Made by a program: the position numbers and the translations under genes. Of a stretch of 64,000 nucleotides of DNA, positions 55,273 to 63,873 are shown one piece after another. This DNA comes from a virus. Lineage: Duplodnaviria; Caudoviricetes. Each line of letters begins with the position of its first letter. Within the stretch, counting starts at the first letter, position 1. The stretch is taken from positions 128,001 through 192,000 of the IMG/VR virus record IMGVR_UViG_3300025707_000003. One strand, written 5' to 3'. The notes below the pieces were generated by a model. The model had not been told where the DNA came from, ran no database searches, and was given only the letters and a program-made list of their open reading frames with translations.

Positions 55273-57715
55273 GGACAACCCCACTTTTACCGTCAAAGCT
55301 CCAGGCTTTAACACTTGGGGTAATGTCGGTATTTCAAAAGACAACGATTTTTATAAGCTCTTAGACGAAACCAAAGAGAAAACGGATGCTGTCTTTGAGG
55401 TCGTCAATCTTGTTTTTGATCTAGTCAACTCTGCGTTAGATTTTATTGCTTCCCTACTGATTGACTTCACTAATCCTTTGAAGCCCATCATTGAAGCAAT
55501 CATCGCTTTCTTAGACTCTTTTATCTCTGACCTTCGCAACTTTGGCTGGTATCTTACTTACGATAAAAAACAGTTTAAAAACCCAGCTGAAAAACTACTC
55601 GGTGGATATCCTGCATTTGAAAGTCGAATAATTGAAAAGCTGTTAAAGATCAAAGATCCTACTCGACCTAACTTCTCTCCCGAAAGTAAAGTGTTCGCAA
55701 TGACCTTCTTTGCAGGAGCAGACGCATCATCACTAGGTGCGATTATTTCGGCTATAAAGAAGTTACTTAAACTTTTCCTCACCCTTAAAGGTCCGAGCGA
55801 TAAGGCTGAAGCCCCCATCAACTTACAGGTCGGTTATTACAATGATGTTGTAGGTAGCATCGAGATACCAAATGTGTATAAACCCGATGGGGTAAGGGTT
55901 AAATGGAATCTACCTCCCCCTCCCTCAACAAATAAGATCCTGCCCAAGTCGTTCATACTACCAGATTATTTCTTATTCTCTGTGGCTACTCGACAGGCAA
56001 CCGAACGAATCGCTTACATCAACAGAAAACCGAGAGATCCTTATGATGAGGTGGGTATAGACGCATTCGGACCAGAAAAGTCTACCGTTCAAGAATTAAT
56101 AGGGGATCTAGACGCTAGACTATGGCCTCTCATCAAGACTGACAGTGAGTTCACTAAGCTCGATGAGTCTAAAGTTCTTGAACGACTTGATCAGATGCCC
56201 GATGGGATTGGCACTCTAGGGTCGTTCATCTTAAAGGGAGATGATGACTATTACCTCAACAAGATTGGAGAGGAGAAAATCTCTGATGTTTATAGGTGTT
56301 TCGTATATGGAAGTGGTGGGGGAGCATTGTTTGGAGACAATGACTTCTCTTTCGACATCCCCCTAGAATCCCTAAAGATCAATGACAGTTTAGCGTCAGA
56401 GTATTTCATCACGATATATTCTCTCACAATGGAATCAAACGACTATGACTCTATATCTAAGAAAAAGAAGGATCTGCCAAGTGGGGGGCTGAACATAAGA
56501 GTAGGCACACACGAACTAGTAGAAACAGGCGAATTTCTTATTAATAAGCCGTGGGGGAACAAATATTATCTAGGGATAGAAGCTGGAGAACTGTCTAAGC
56601 CCTCAGCCACAGTAGTAGTTAAAAGCCCATCTGAGATACGAGAAAAATACCTCAAAGCAGTTAAGTTTTATTTCCTCGCTCACTTATTGGCACAGCCATA
56701 TATTGAAAGCCACAAAGCAAAACTTGGGTATGAAAATCCTGTGGGTAAAGAGGAAACACTCTTAAAAGAGTTCGCAGAAAGCATCGAAGGAAAACATCTC
56801 CATCAAAATAAGCAGAGTCGTAAAGTATTTGCTTTAGGTATCCAAGAATGGCTAAGAAAGATCATGATTAGGTTTAAGGAGGGTATGCCCTCAGATGCGA
56901 CTCTTAGGTCTTTATCTAATAGCCTAGATAAGATCAACAGTTTCCCTCTTGACTTGGAGGTGCTGGTAAAGAATGAGGTAGAAGGAGAGCATCATGATTT
57001 AGATCTTTATCCAGATCTTAGGTCGGTTCTAGATAGCATCAAAAACATTGAAATAGAACAGGAACTTATAACTTCTAACTACGATGGAGTTGCACAGTTC
57101 ATGTATGCAGGTACTAAACCAAAGTATAAGGCTTCAGACTTCATGCACGATAAATGGCCAGAGAGTAAACAACCTGTGATCTTTGACGATGCCATGACTG
57201 GGTTTGTAGGTCACCTCATCTTCCACAAAGAGTTCAGAGAAACATTCAGACTCGCACAAAGAGTGGTGACCCTAAGCCCTCCTTCTGTTGGAGGAGGGGA
57301 ATGGCTAAACCAACGACCTTTTAGAGACTCCGACCTAAGTGCTTTGACTAACTTTATAGACACAGTTAAAAAGTACATGGAAGGATTTCTTAAAGGTCTT
57401 GAGGGGATTGTCGCTCAAATACTGAAGTTCATCCATATGTTGAAAACTAGGATAGCTCAAGTGCAGGCGATCATAGCGAGAATAAAAGCTCTCATAGACT
57501 TAATACTGAGCTTCAGATTTCCTGCTGGTCTATATGGCACATTCCATTTAGCTGATGGTACAGCGGGTCTTGTTTCAGCATTACAACAGTCCGAAGATAA
57601 GCCCGACATAGGTACTAGTGGTTATGGGACTGGTGTAATGGTGGTTGCAGGTGGTGTTCCTACTATACTTATTGATTTTTTGATCGCCCTTATGGGTGGA
57701 GAGGGAGAGGAATAA
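55265..57715 (+). CDS. 816-aa putative structural protein with amphipathic N- and C-terminal helices
   Basis: Operon position; helical termini (VFEVVNLVFDLVNSALDFIASLL; IVAQILKFIHMLKTRIAQV). Confidence 0.55.
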   Translation: MAEDNPTFTVKAPGFNTWGNVGISKDNDFYKLLDETKEKTDAVFEVVNLVFDLVNSALDFIASLLIDFTNPLKPIIEAIIAFLDSFISDLRNFGWYLTYDKKQFKNPAEKLLGGYPAFESRIIEKLLKIKDPTRPNFSPESKVFAMTFFAGADASSLGAIISAIKKLLKLFLTLKGPSDKAEAPINLQVGYYNDVVGSIEIPNVYKPDGVRVKWNLPPPPSTNKILPKSFILPDYFLFSVATRQATERIAYINRKPRDPYDEVGIDAFGPEKSTVQELIGDLDARLWPLIKTDSEFTKLDESKVLERLDQMPDGIGTLGSFILKGDDDYYLNKIGEEKISDVYRCFVYGSGGGALFGDNDFSFDIPLESLKINDSLASEYFITIYSLTMESNDYDSISKKKKDLPSGGLNIRVGTHELVETGEFLINKPWGNKYYLGIEAGELSKPSATVVVKSPSEIREKYLKAVKFYFLAHLLAQPYIESHKAKLGYENPVGKEETLLKEFAESIEGKHLHQNKQSRKVFALGIQEWLRKIMIRFKEGMPSDATLRSLSNSLDKINSFPLDLEVLVKNEVEGEHHDLDLYPDLRSVLDSIKNIEIEQELITSNYDGVAQFMYAGTKPKYKASDFMHDKWPESKQPVIFDDAMTGFVGHLIFHKEFRETFRLAQRVVTLSPPSVGGGEWLNQRPFRDSDLSALTNFIDTVKKYMEGFLKGLEGIVAQILKFIHMLKTRIAQVQAIIARIKALIDLILSFRFPAGLYGTFHLADGTAGLVSALQQSEDKPDIGTSGYGTGVMVVAGGVPTILIDFLIALMGGEGEE

Positions 57716-58683
57716 TGAGCTTCGGTTGGAACTGTATGTTTCGTAAAGGACAGTGGCTAGAGTTTAGACGCTTTGTCCTTCTTCAAAGACAGAATGTAGG
57801 TTATCGTATCAACTACATAAATAAAGAGATTAGTCATATAGGAGAAATACGCATCTCTTATGAAAAGGTAGGTGAAGGCGAGGATCAAAGAGTAACAGAA
57901 AAAAGAGTGGGTCTTGAAGTTGGCGTGAACTCGGTTCTCGGCAAACTCTTAAAAGCATATATCGCACAGGGTGGAAATCCTTTTGACATCTCTATGTTTT
58001 TAAAGCCAGATTCTTATCAATGGGTAGAGAGAGAGGTAGAGGCAAGTAGTGAGCAAGGTACAGTCACTGACTCTCAAGGGAACACACAAAATGTGTATAA
58101 AAGTTATGATCTGCCCTATGGTGGTACTTTGTGGCCTAGAACAGCAACGGCTGAAGAATCCGAACAAGTAGACACATCGGGTTGGTTACCTCTACTAAAG
58201 TATCCAGGGTGGAGACTAGGTGGTAGTAATAAAAGCATTTACCCTAGAGCCGATGAGATAGGTGGGGTGATCTACCATGCTCGTAAATGGGCGACACAAG
58301 AAATATCTCATTTAAGGAACAACCTAGAAGCGAGGATCATCAAGCTCTGTGATTTAAGAGAACAACTCTTAATTGAGAGGGATGATCTCTTATTTAACGC
58401 TCTTTCTGGCACTGCGTCTAAACTAGCTCCTTATGATCCTAACATACAACTTGATGAGGTACATCTTTCACACATCGTGACCAACATAGATCTCAACTAC
58501 TTTGAGGCTATGGATCAAGAACAGATAGATCAGATTGAAGGCCCTCCTGCTCCGAACACTGTTGACCGAGTTGCTTCAAGCGTACCCGACTTTAGCAAAC
58601 TGAGGGATCGAGGACCAGAACCTTATTATAAATCGTTGCTTGACGATTATGAGAATGGTGAAGAAGATAACACAGCTCTATGA
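57715..58683 (+). CDS. putative structural protein
   Basis: Coupled (TAATG) to the upstream gene. Confidence 0.55.
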   Translation: MSFGWNCMFRKGQWLEFRRFVLLQRQNVGYRINYINKEISHIGEIRISYEKVGEGEDQRVTEKRVGLEVGVNSVLGKLLKAYIAQGGNPFDISMFLKPDSYQWVEREVEASSEQGTVTDSQGNTQNVYKSYDLPYGGTLWPRTATAEESEQVDTSGWLPLLKYPGWRLGGSNKSIYPRADEIGGVIYHARKWATQEISHLRNNLEARIIKLCDLREQLLIERDDLLFNALSGTASKLAPYDPNIQLDEVHLSHIVTNIDLNYFEAMDQEQIDQIEGPPAPNTVDRVASSVPDFSKLRDRGPEPYYKSLLDDYENGEEDNTAL

Positions 58684-59000
58684 TTTCTCTTGCTACAAAT
58701 AAAATCGACTTCAAAAGAGGATGGTCTGATAAAGCCTTAGATGCGTTTCAAAAAGGCAAATGTAATATGTGTCTCATGTATTTCTCTGTAGGATTAATAG
58801 AGAGTGGATTCAAAAAGAACGGAGAGTATGCTGGAATGGAGCGTTGGTATTTAGCTGATACGGATATCTATATCTTAGTTAATACAAATACTTCCACTTG
58901 GGGATTCAATAATCATAGTCACTACCTCATAAAGGATTCTAAAGACTTCTTCGACATCATTCGGAAAGTTTGGGATGAGAGGACCAAACCTGTCGAATAG
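58680..59000 (+). CDS. 'ExGF...IRxVW' family paralog
   Basis: LIESGF ... DIIRKVW. Confidence 0.6.
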   Translation: MISLATNKIDFKRGWSDKALDAFQKGKCNMCLMYFSVGLIESGFKKNGEYAGMERWYLADTDIYILVNTNTSTWGFNNHSHYLIKDSKDFFDIIRKVWDERTKPVE

Positions 59001-59304
59001 TTACTAATACAAGATCTCCGTTCTCTCGAAAGCGACTACGAAGAGTCCAAGCCATGTCTAGCGACTGATGGCTTTCATCATCACTGACAAATAAAACTTT
59101 ACATTGAGTGTCTGTGCTAAACTTCACATAGATTAAAATTTGTCCCTTACACCCTTTCATGATGTATTCTTTAGGTGAAGCACTTTGCGTTATAGCAAAC
59201 CCACAATCCGACAACACTTCTTTAAGGTAATCCCATGAGTGTATGTGAGGATTAGGATGCTCACATTTACGCTTACCATTTATTCTCTGTGTGAACATCG
59301 CCAT
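58957..59304 (-). CDS. 'ExGF...IRxVW' family paralog
   Basis: LSDCGF ... VTIRQVW. Confidence 0.6.
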   Translation of the reverse strand: MAMFTQRINGKRKCEHPNPHIHSWDYLKEVLSDCGFAITQSASPKEYIMKGCKGQILIYVKFSTDTQCKVLFVSDDESHQSLDMAWTLRSRFRENGDLVLVTIRQVWSSHPKLSE

Positions 59305-59602
59305 GCCTAAAAGTCGGAGACAAGATATAAGAGAGTTCTTAGTGATACACTTTAAAAGTGAATCACAACCACAGACTGTGGAGAACTGTCTGAACGCTTA
59401 TATCATACAGAGAGATTTGGGTGGAGACTATAAACTCAAAACCAACGAGGTTAAAACATCAAAACCCACTAGCAAAAAGTCTCGTGTTCGACTCAGAGAT
59501 CAGATCGCCCAAGAGCTAGGTGTGGTGAAGCAAATGGGTTTGATATGCCGTCTAAGATATGGTGTCTATGTTAAGAAGTACCCACCTAGCAGATCACCTT
59601 AA
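59291..59602 (+). CDS. winged-helix-like DNA-binding protein
   Basis: RDQIAQELGVVKQMGLICRLRYGVY resembles the wHTH recognition helix and wing. Confidence 0.45.
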   Translation: MNIAMPKSRRQDIREFLVIHFKSESQPQTVENCLNAYIIQRDLGGDYKLKTNEVKTSKPTSKKSRVRLRDQIAQELGVVKQMGLICRLRYGVYVKKYPPSRSP

Positions 59603-60145
59603 ACGCTTATTGATCTCCCTAACTAATGCAGAAGCGTCATCCTCTGGTTTAAAGTTCGTGTCTAACTCAAAGTTAAACTTCCTGTCTCTGGAACTCACAA
59701 CCCAATTACCTTTAAAATCATCATACTCGATTTCGATCATTTCCGTTAGACTCAAACCCTTGCTCGGATAGATTTCGCCACGACCAATGTTTGAGTGTCC
59801 AAAAGTATAGTTTTGGAAATGGCAGTCTGTAAAAGGTTGTTTCTCTTCTAGGAGAGAAACTACTTTTTTGCCATCGTAATGAACCATCACATAGTCCTTA
59901 GTCTTAAAACGACCAGTGATTTCTACCTCCCCACTATTCCCGTCTTGCTTCTTGAACTCAACACTAGAGACATCCCAATCAACACCTGGGTTGTTCTCTT
60001 TGAGGTAACCAATCACATTTTCTTCTATTTCAGAAGCTGTCTCAAAGTACATCTCACTAGAGATAGGTAGCAACTGAGCTGACTTTTCAAGTCTGGCGAC
60101 TCTTGATTCAAGGTCATTAATGATTTCTGAAGCTGATCTTCTCAT
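59594..60145 (-). CDS. leader-family protein (MRRSASEIINDLESRVARLEKSA)
   Basis: Conserved leader with unrelated acidic cargo. Confidence 0.8.
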   Translation of the reverse strand: MRRSASEIINDLESRVARLEKSAQLLPISSEMYFETASEIEENVIGYLKENNPGVDWDVSSVEFKKQDGNSGEVEITGRFKTKDYVMVHYDGKKVVSLLEEKQPFTDCHFQNYTFGHSNIGRGEIYPSKGLSLTEMIEIEYDDFKGNWVVSSRDRKFNFELDTNFKPEDDASALVREINKRLR

Positions 60146-60154
60146 GGGTCATTC

Positions 60155-60718
60155 TCAATTCTTTCTATACTCAGCTATAGCAGGTGTAAAATACTCCGAT
60201 AAAATAACCTCTGAGACTAACCCCTTGCGTGTACTCTTGACTCGACCCAAAGTGTCTCGTAATTGTCTAATTTTTGATTCCATACAAAGACATATATTAG
60301 ACCCTTTACCAAAATCTTCAGCGTCTAGCTCTAACCAGAAATCAATCTCGTATTTTATTCCCTTTATCATGAAAGAAACATCACCCCCCCCAAGTATGCT
60401 TTGAGAAATTTTCTCGTTATACATAGTCCCAATATTCATATCACTGCTGTTCATATGGAAGTTGTGTACTTTAATGTTTGTCGCACCTTTAGATTTAAGT
60501 GCTTTCATCATTTGTTTAGGGAAAGTCTTTTGTATTTCAATGTCCACACCCCTCGCATACGATAAAAGATATTTTCTCTGTTCATTTAAGTCGCCATAGT
60601 CATAAGGATAGCCATCGTCTTCTGGATTGCCCTCCTCGTCTTCTGGATAGGATCGTTTTTCAAGTCTAGCGACTCTAGTTTCAAGATTACGGATTATTTC
60701 TGATGCTGATCTTCTCAT
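60155..60718 (-). CDS. leader-family protein (MRRSASEIIRNLETRVARLEKRS)
   Basis: Start at 60718; 13-mer motif at 60753. Confidence 0.8.
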   Translation of the reverse strand: MRRSASEIIRNLETRVARLEKRSYPEDEEGNPEDDGYPYDYGDLNEQRKYLLSYARGVDIEIQKTFPKQMMKALKSKGATNIKVHNFHMNSSDMNIGTMYNEKISQSILGGGDVSFMIKGIKYEIDFWLELDAEDFGKGSNICLCMESKIRQLRDTLGRVKSTRKGLVSEVILSEYFTPAIAEYRKN

Positions 60719-60764
60719 AATGGACACACCTTTCATCTAAAAGATGACGACAATAAATAAACTA

Positions 60765-61625
60765 CTAATCATTGGTTTCACACAAGCCCCACCTAAAACA
60801 ACCGATTTCATCTCTTCCTAGTTGTTCATCTGTGAAAAGTTCTTGTAATCCGTCTTGTTTCCCTTTAGCCCAAGATACCGCTTGCCTTATGTTTCCTTTC
60901 TTGAAGAAAGTGGCTTGACTCCCTCGCTCCTCAGATACTCTCTTCTCTAAGTTCTCTAAGTAGTCTATACGATCTGGATCTATTCTAGCCATATTACGAA
61001 TGTCTGCTTTATTGGAGTATATACAAGGCCAACATCCAACTCTACTAGAACCCTTTAGATATAGAGGGTTTGGAGAAACACCGTTTTTCTGATGAATGTA
61101 AATCACATCTTCTTCTGACCATTCTAAAATAGGTCTGATTTGTGTCGCTTCGTCTTGCTCCTCTACATATCCAAAAGTAGATCTTCTGATCGACTCCCCT
61201 CTTCTAATACCTGTGATGTTAATGGGGAACTTTCGGTTCTTTAAGAAAACCTCCACTGCGTAAGTTCGATAACTTACAAGTTTAAGCTCATTAGTACACC
61301 ATTTTAAGCGTCCATTCGGGAACATTTTTTTCTGTAATACAGCACTCTCCATACCATAAGCATGATCTTGGTAGTTGAGTTTTTCATTTTGAAGTTTGAC
61401 TACTTCAACCCCCAAAATATCACTAAGGGTATCTACATACTTATATGTCAAAGGGTGTTCCCACCCAGTGTCGCAAAACACTGGAGTGAAAGGTATGTTA
61501 TGTGTTTTTAACAACAACCCGACTGCTGTAGAGTCTTTTCCCCCACTACAACTTAAGATTAGAGGTCGATCTGTTTCTTTTAAGAATGCTATCGTTTCTT
61601 TTTCAGTGTTTAGTTCTAATGTCAT
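60765..61625 (-). CDS. PAPS reductase-family (PP-loop) protein
   Basis: SCSGGKDS, DTGWEHP, GIRRGESIRR, RPILEWS and SRVGCWPC. Confidence 0.85.
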   Translation of the reverse strand: MTLELNTEKETIAFLKETDRPLILSCSGGKDSTAVGLLLKTHNIPFTPVFCDTGWEHPLTYKYVDTLSDILGVEVVKLQNEKLNYQDHAYGMESAVLQKKMFPNGRLKWCTNELKLVSYRTYAVEVFLKNRKFPINITGIRRGESIRRSTFGYVEEQDEATQIRPILEWSEEDVIYIHQKNGVSPNPLYLKGSSRVGCWPCIYSNKADIRNMARIDPDRIDYLENLEKRVSEERGSQATFFKKGNIRQAVSWAKGKQDGLQELFTDEQLGRDEIGCFRWGLCETND

Positions 61626-61645
61626 TGTTCTACCTTTTTAAGAAG

Positions 61646-61706
61646 AGGTTTAATGACATTATACTATTTAAGGTTTAATGACATTATTATACTATTTAAG
61701 GTTTAA
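61646..61706. repeat. imperfect tandem repeat (25/28-bp units) upstream of the PAPS reductase-like gene
   Basis: AGGTTTAATGACATT(ATT)ATACTATTTA x2, then AGGTTTAA. Confidence 0.75.
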
Positions 61707-61815
61707 AATAATCGAATAACCTTTTCCAATCAAGAGGGTGTTTTAATCTGCCGAACTAGTTGTAAGCGATCTTTTGGATCATCTGGTAGGAGATGTGACA
61801 TCCAACTTGGTGGAT

Positions 61816-62730
61816 TTAATAATACAGTCTTCTCATAGGTCTAGTGATTGGGCTTGGTCTTCTAACAAAACCATCGTCAAGTCTAGCAAATCTTTTCTTT
61901 TCAACAGGGTACTTTTTAACTTTAGCTCTGTACTTTGTACCTAACTTGCCCTCTACTTTACCTAGAACTTCACCTCTAGCGATTTCTACAGCCTTAACAC
62001 CTGCTGGGTTCGCCAACTTACCATAAGCACTTGCACCCACAAAAAGACCTGTATCTTGATCTTCCCAAAGAACAAAGAAATGGAACTGACCTGCTCTTGA
62101 ACCTACTCCCTCTAAATACATTGTACCAATCTCATTATAGTTAGATACACCTGTTTTACTTTCAAGTGCTTGGTAAGCCGATCTGGATAACGCTTCTGTT
62201 TTTGATAAATTATCAGAAGAAATCTCGTTATCAAGTTCCTTTTGTTTCTTATAGTTCTCTCTTCTTCTTGCCTTATCTTCACCCATAGCTTTAGGTTTCG
62301 ATCTTGGTTCTCTCAAAAACCACCCTTGATCTTCGGCGTGTTCAGCTTCGCCCACATAACCAGGTTTACCAGACTTTCCCCAACACTCTTTGTGGAAAAC
62401 TGAAAAAGGAGCATTTTTCGCACTGCCGAGAGGTAGTCGTTTACCATTCATATTATAGTATCCGTCATAAGCCTCATCAATCTCAACTTTGCCGTTTGGG
62501 TGGACAACGACCAACTCACTCATCCATTTAGACTTATCAGACCATGCTTTAGGTTGTTTTGGAGTACGAACACCTGGGATAACAGGTAGGGGTGTTGTGT
62601 CCCATTTAAAGTGGGAAATGATAGACTTGCCACAAGCCATACATTTCCAAGAACTGAACCCTGCTGTTTTTTCAAGACGAGCGACCCTTGTTTCAAGATT
62701 ATGGATAATTTCTGATGCTGATCTTCTCAT
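61816..62730 (-). CDS. leader-family protein (MRRSASEIIHNLETRVARLEKTA) with Zn-binding and WGR-like cargo
   Basis: CMAC...FHKEC; C-terminal YLEG...QFHFFVL...AYGKL...K..K..KKY. Confidence 0.7.
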   Translation of the reverse strand: MRRSASEIIHNLETRVARLEKTAGFSSWKCMACGKSIISHFKWDTTPLPVIPGVRTPKQPKAWSDKSKWMSELVVVHPNGKVEIDEAYDGYYNMNGKRLPLGSAKNAPFSVFHKECWGKSGKPGYVGEAEHAEDQGWFLREPRSKPKAMGEDKARRRENYKKQKELDNEISSDNLSKTEALSRSAYQALESKTGVSNYNEIGTMYLEGVGSRAGQFHFFVLWEDQDTGLFVGASAYGKLANPAGVKAVEIARGEVLGKVEGKLGTKYRAKVKKYPVEKKRFARLDDGFVRRPSPITRPMRRLYY

Positions 62731-62803
62731 AATGGTTTTCTCCTTTGGGTTTAAATCATATAAACATGGTGACCAATAAACAAATTACAAAAGGATTTGA
62801 ATC

Positions 62804-63061
62804 ATGACGAGAGGTAGAAATAAAACACCCGCAGAGAGAGCGTTGGAGGTCATCTGTACTATGGCTGGTGTCTCATTTGAAGAGTTCGAGGAGCAACTTA
62901 AGAAGTCTCAAGGAAACACAGCGACTGAGAGAGCGTTTCCCGAATCCTCATATAAAATGGTCAAGACGAACTACTTTAAGAACAGTTCAATCAGCCAACA
63001 GGAATGGAAAGACCTGTATCAGCACATCACCAACCCGAAGAGCAACTTTGGGGCTAACTAA
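62804..63061 (+). CDS. hypothetical protein
   Basis: 85-aa ORF with AGGA RBS. Confidence 0.55.
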   Translation: MTRGRNKTPAERALEVICTMAGVSFEEFEEQLKKSQGNTATERAFPESSYKMVKTNYFKNSSISQQEWKDLYQHITNPKSNFGAN

Positions 63062-63132
63062 TGCCTTTAATCATATAAGAAAGATATCTACAAACCACTA
63101 CTGTTCCAATATGAGAAACAGGAGATGAAAAT

Positions 63133-63501
63133 ATGAGTAATAACTTTAGACCCAAGCGAGGTTCAAGTTTCTTCCTTAAATCAATGCCCCGATCACAGTA
63201 TGCGTTCGGGATCTGTCTGTCCTCTAAGTCTGATGAAGATGACGAGTATAAGATCATTCGCACAGATTTTGCAGATAATCCTTCGGAAGCTCTCAAACTC
63301 GCACTCGTACACACAGATATGTTCGACTTCCAAGACACTGACCTTTACGGTGTGGTCGAGTGGGATAAGACGATTGTTAAATCTCTGTCCCGTAAGCAAC
63401 TTTTTGGTAAAGGTCTTGAGGTTCGTTTACTCACACATGACCAAGAGCAACCCTCCCCTTTTGTCGAGGAAAGCGTAGAAACTCTCTTCATCGAGGATTA
63501 G
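63133..63501 (+). CDS. hypothetical protein
   Basis: GGAG RBS; the stop lies just before motif 63506. Confidence 0.55.
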   Translation: MSNNFRPKRGSSFFLKSMPRSQYAFGICLSSKSDEDDEYKIIRTDFADNPSEALKLALVHTDMFDFQDTDLYGVVEWDKTIVKSLSRKQLFGKGLEVRLLTHDQEQPSPFVEESVETLFIED

Positions 63502-63543
63502 GTTTGTAACCCCTTGTCTATTAAGTCTTGAAAGGACAACACT

Positions 63544-63831
63544 ATGAAAACACTTACACTTTTTTTTCTTCTTCTTTCCACTGCCTGTACCGATGCTACT
63601 TGGGATAAGTACGCTGTCTTAGGGAATAAGGCAGAGGTCAAGTGCTACTCTGGCCCCTTGCTTATCTTTCATGGGGTCAGCACAGGAAAGATAAGCAATG
63701 AGCAAAACAGCGATGGCTACTTTGCTCGATGGAATGTCATCTCTGTAGACGGAAAATGGAAACACATCGACACTACTAAGCCTGTTAGTGCAGGTGTAAG
63801 TGGGAACTGCACAATCATCTACATCGACTAA
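63544..63831 (+). CDS. putative lipoprotein
   Basis: MKTLTLFFLLLSTA|C lipobox. Confidence 0.65.
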   Translation: MKTLTLFFLLLSTACTDATWDKYAVLGNKAEVKCYSGPLLIFHGVSTGKISNEQNSDGYFARWNVISVDGKWKHIDTTKPVSAGVSGNCTIIYID

Positions 63832-63873
63832 GCAAGGATCTTATTCATATCACTATATAAAGGAGAACCGAAT

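Larger units (their letters stand above)
7041..62788. promoter_or_regulatory. 13-mer late-promoter-like motif, sense consensus RTAGT[TC]NNTTTAT
   Basis: Plus-strand text ATAAA-N3-ACTA[CT] (variant copies included) at 7041, 7583, 7678, 8857, 12588, 14824, 19498, 20480, 22064, 60753 and 62776, mostly 35-53 nt upstream of minus-strand starts (15 nt for 12588). One opposite-orientation copy at 45285..45297 lies before the structural operon. Confidence 0.7.
23267..63515. promoter_or_regulatory. GTAACCCCTT(A/C/G) early-promoter-like motif family, 22 copies
   Basis: Minus copies at 23267 (variant), 23877, 24407, 25766, 26451, 29785, 30544, 31425, 32667, 41049 (5-G variant), 41778 and 42108. Plus copies at 26470, 27711, 32707, 32777, 33990, 35916, 42160, 42613, 43518 and 63506. 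They are oriented toward downstream accessory genes, followed by AT-rich sequence, mostly 30-120 nt before the ATG. Confidence 0.8.

Noticed and set aside
36-63478. Many short ORFs antisense to or nested in long genes (e.g. 3574..3834, 30225..30545, 42911..43366)
   Set aside because: They are shadow ORFs without RBS or motifs that overlap well-supported genes.
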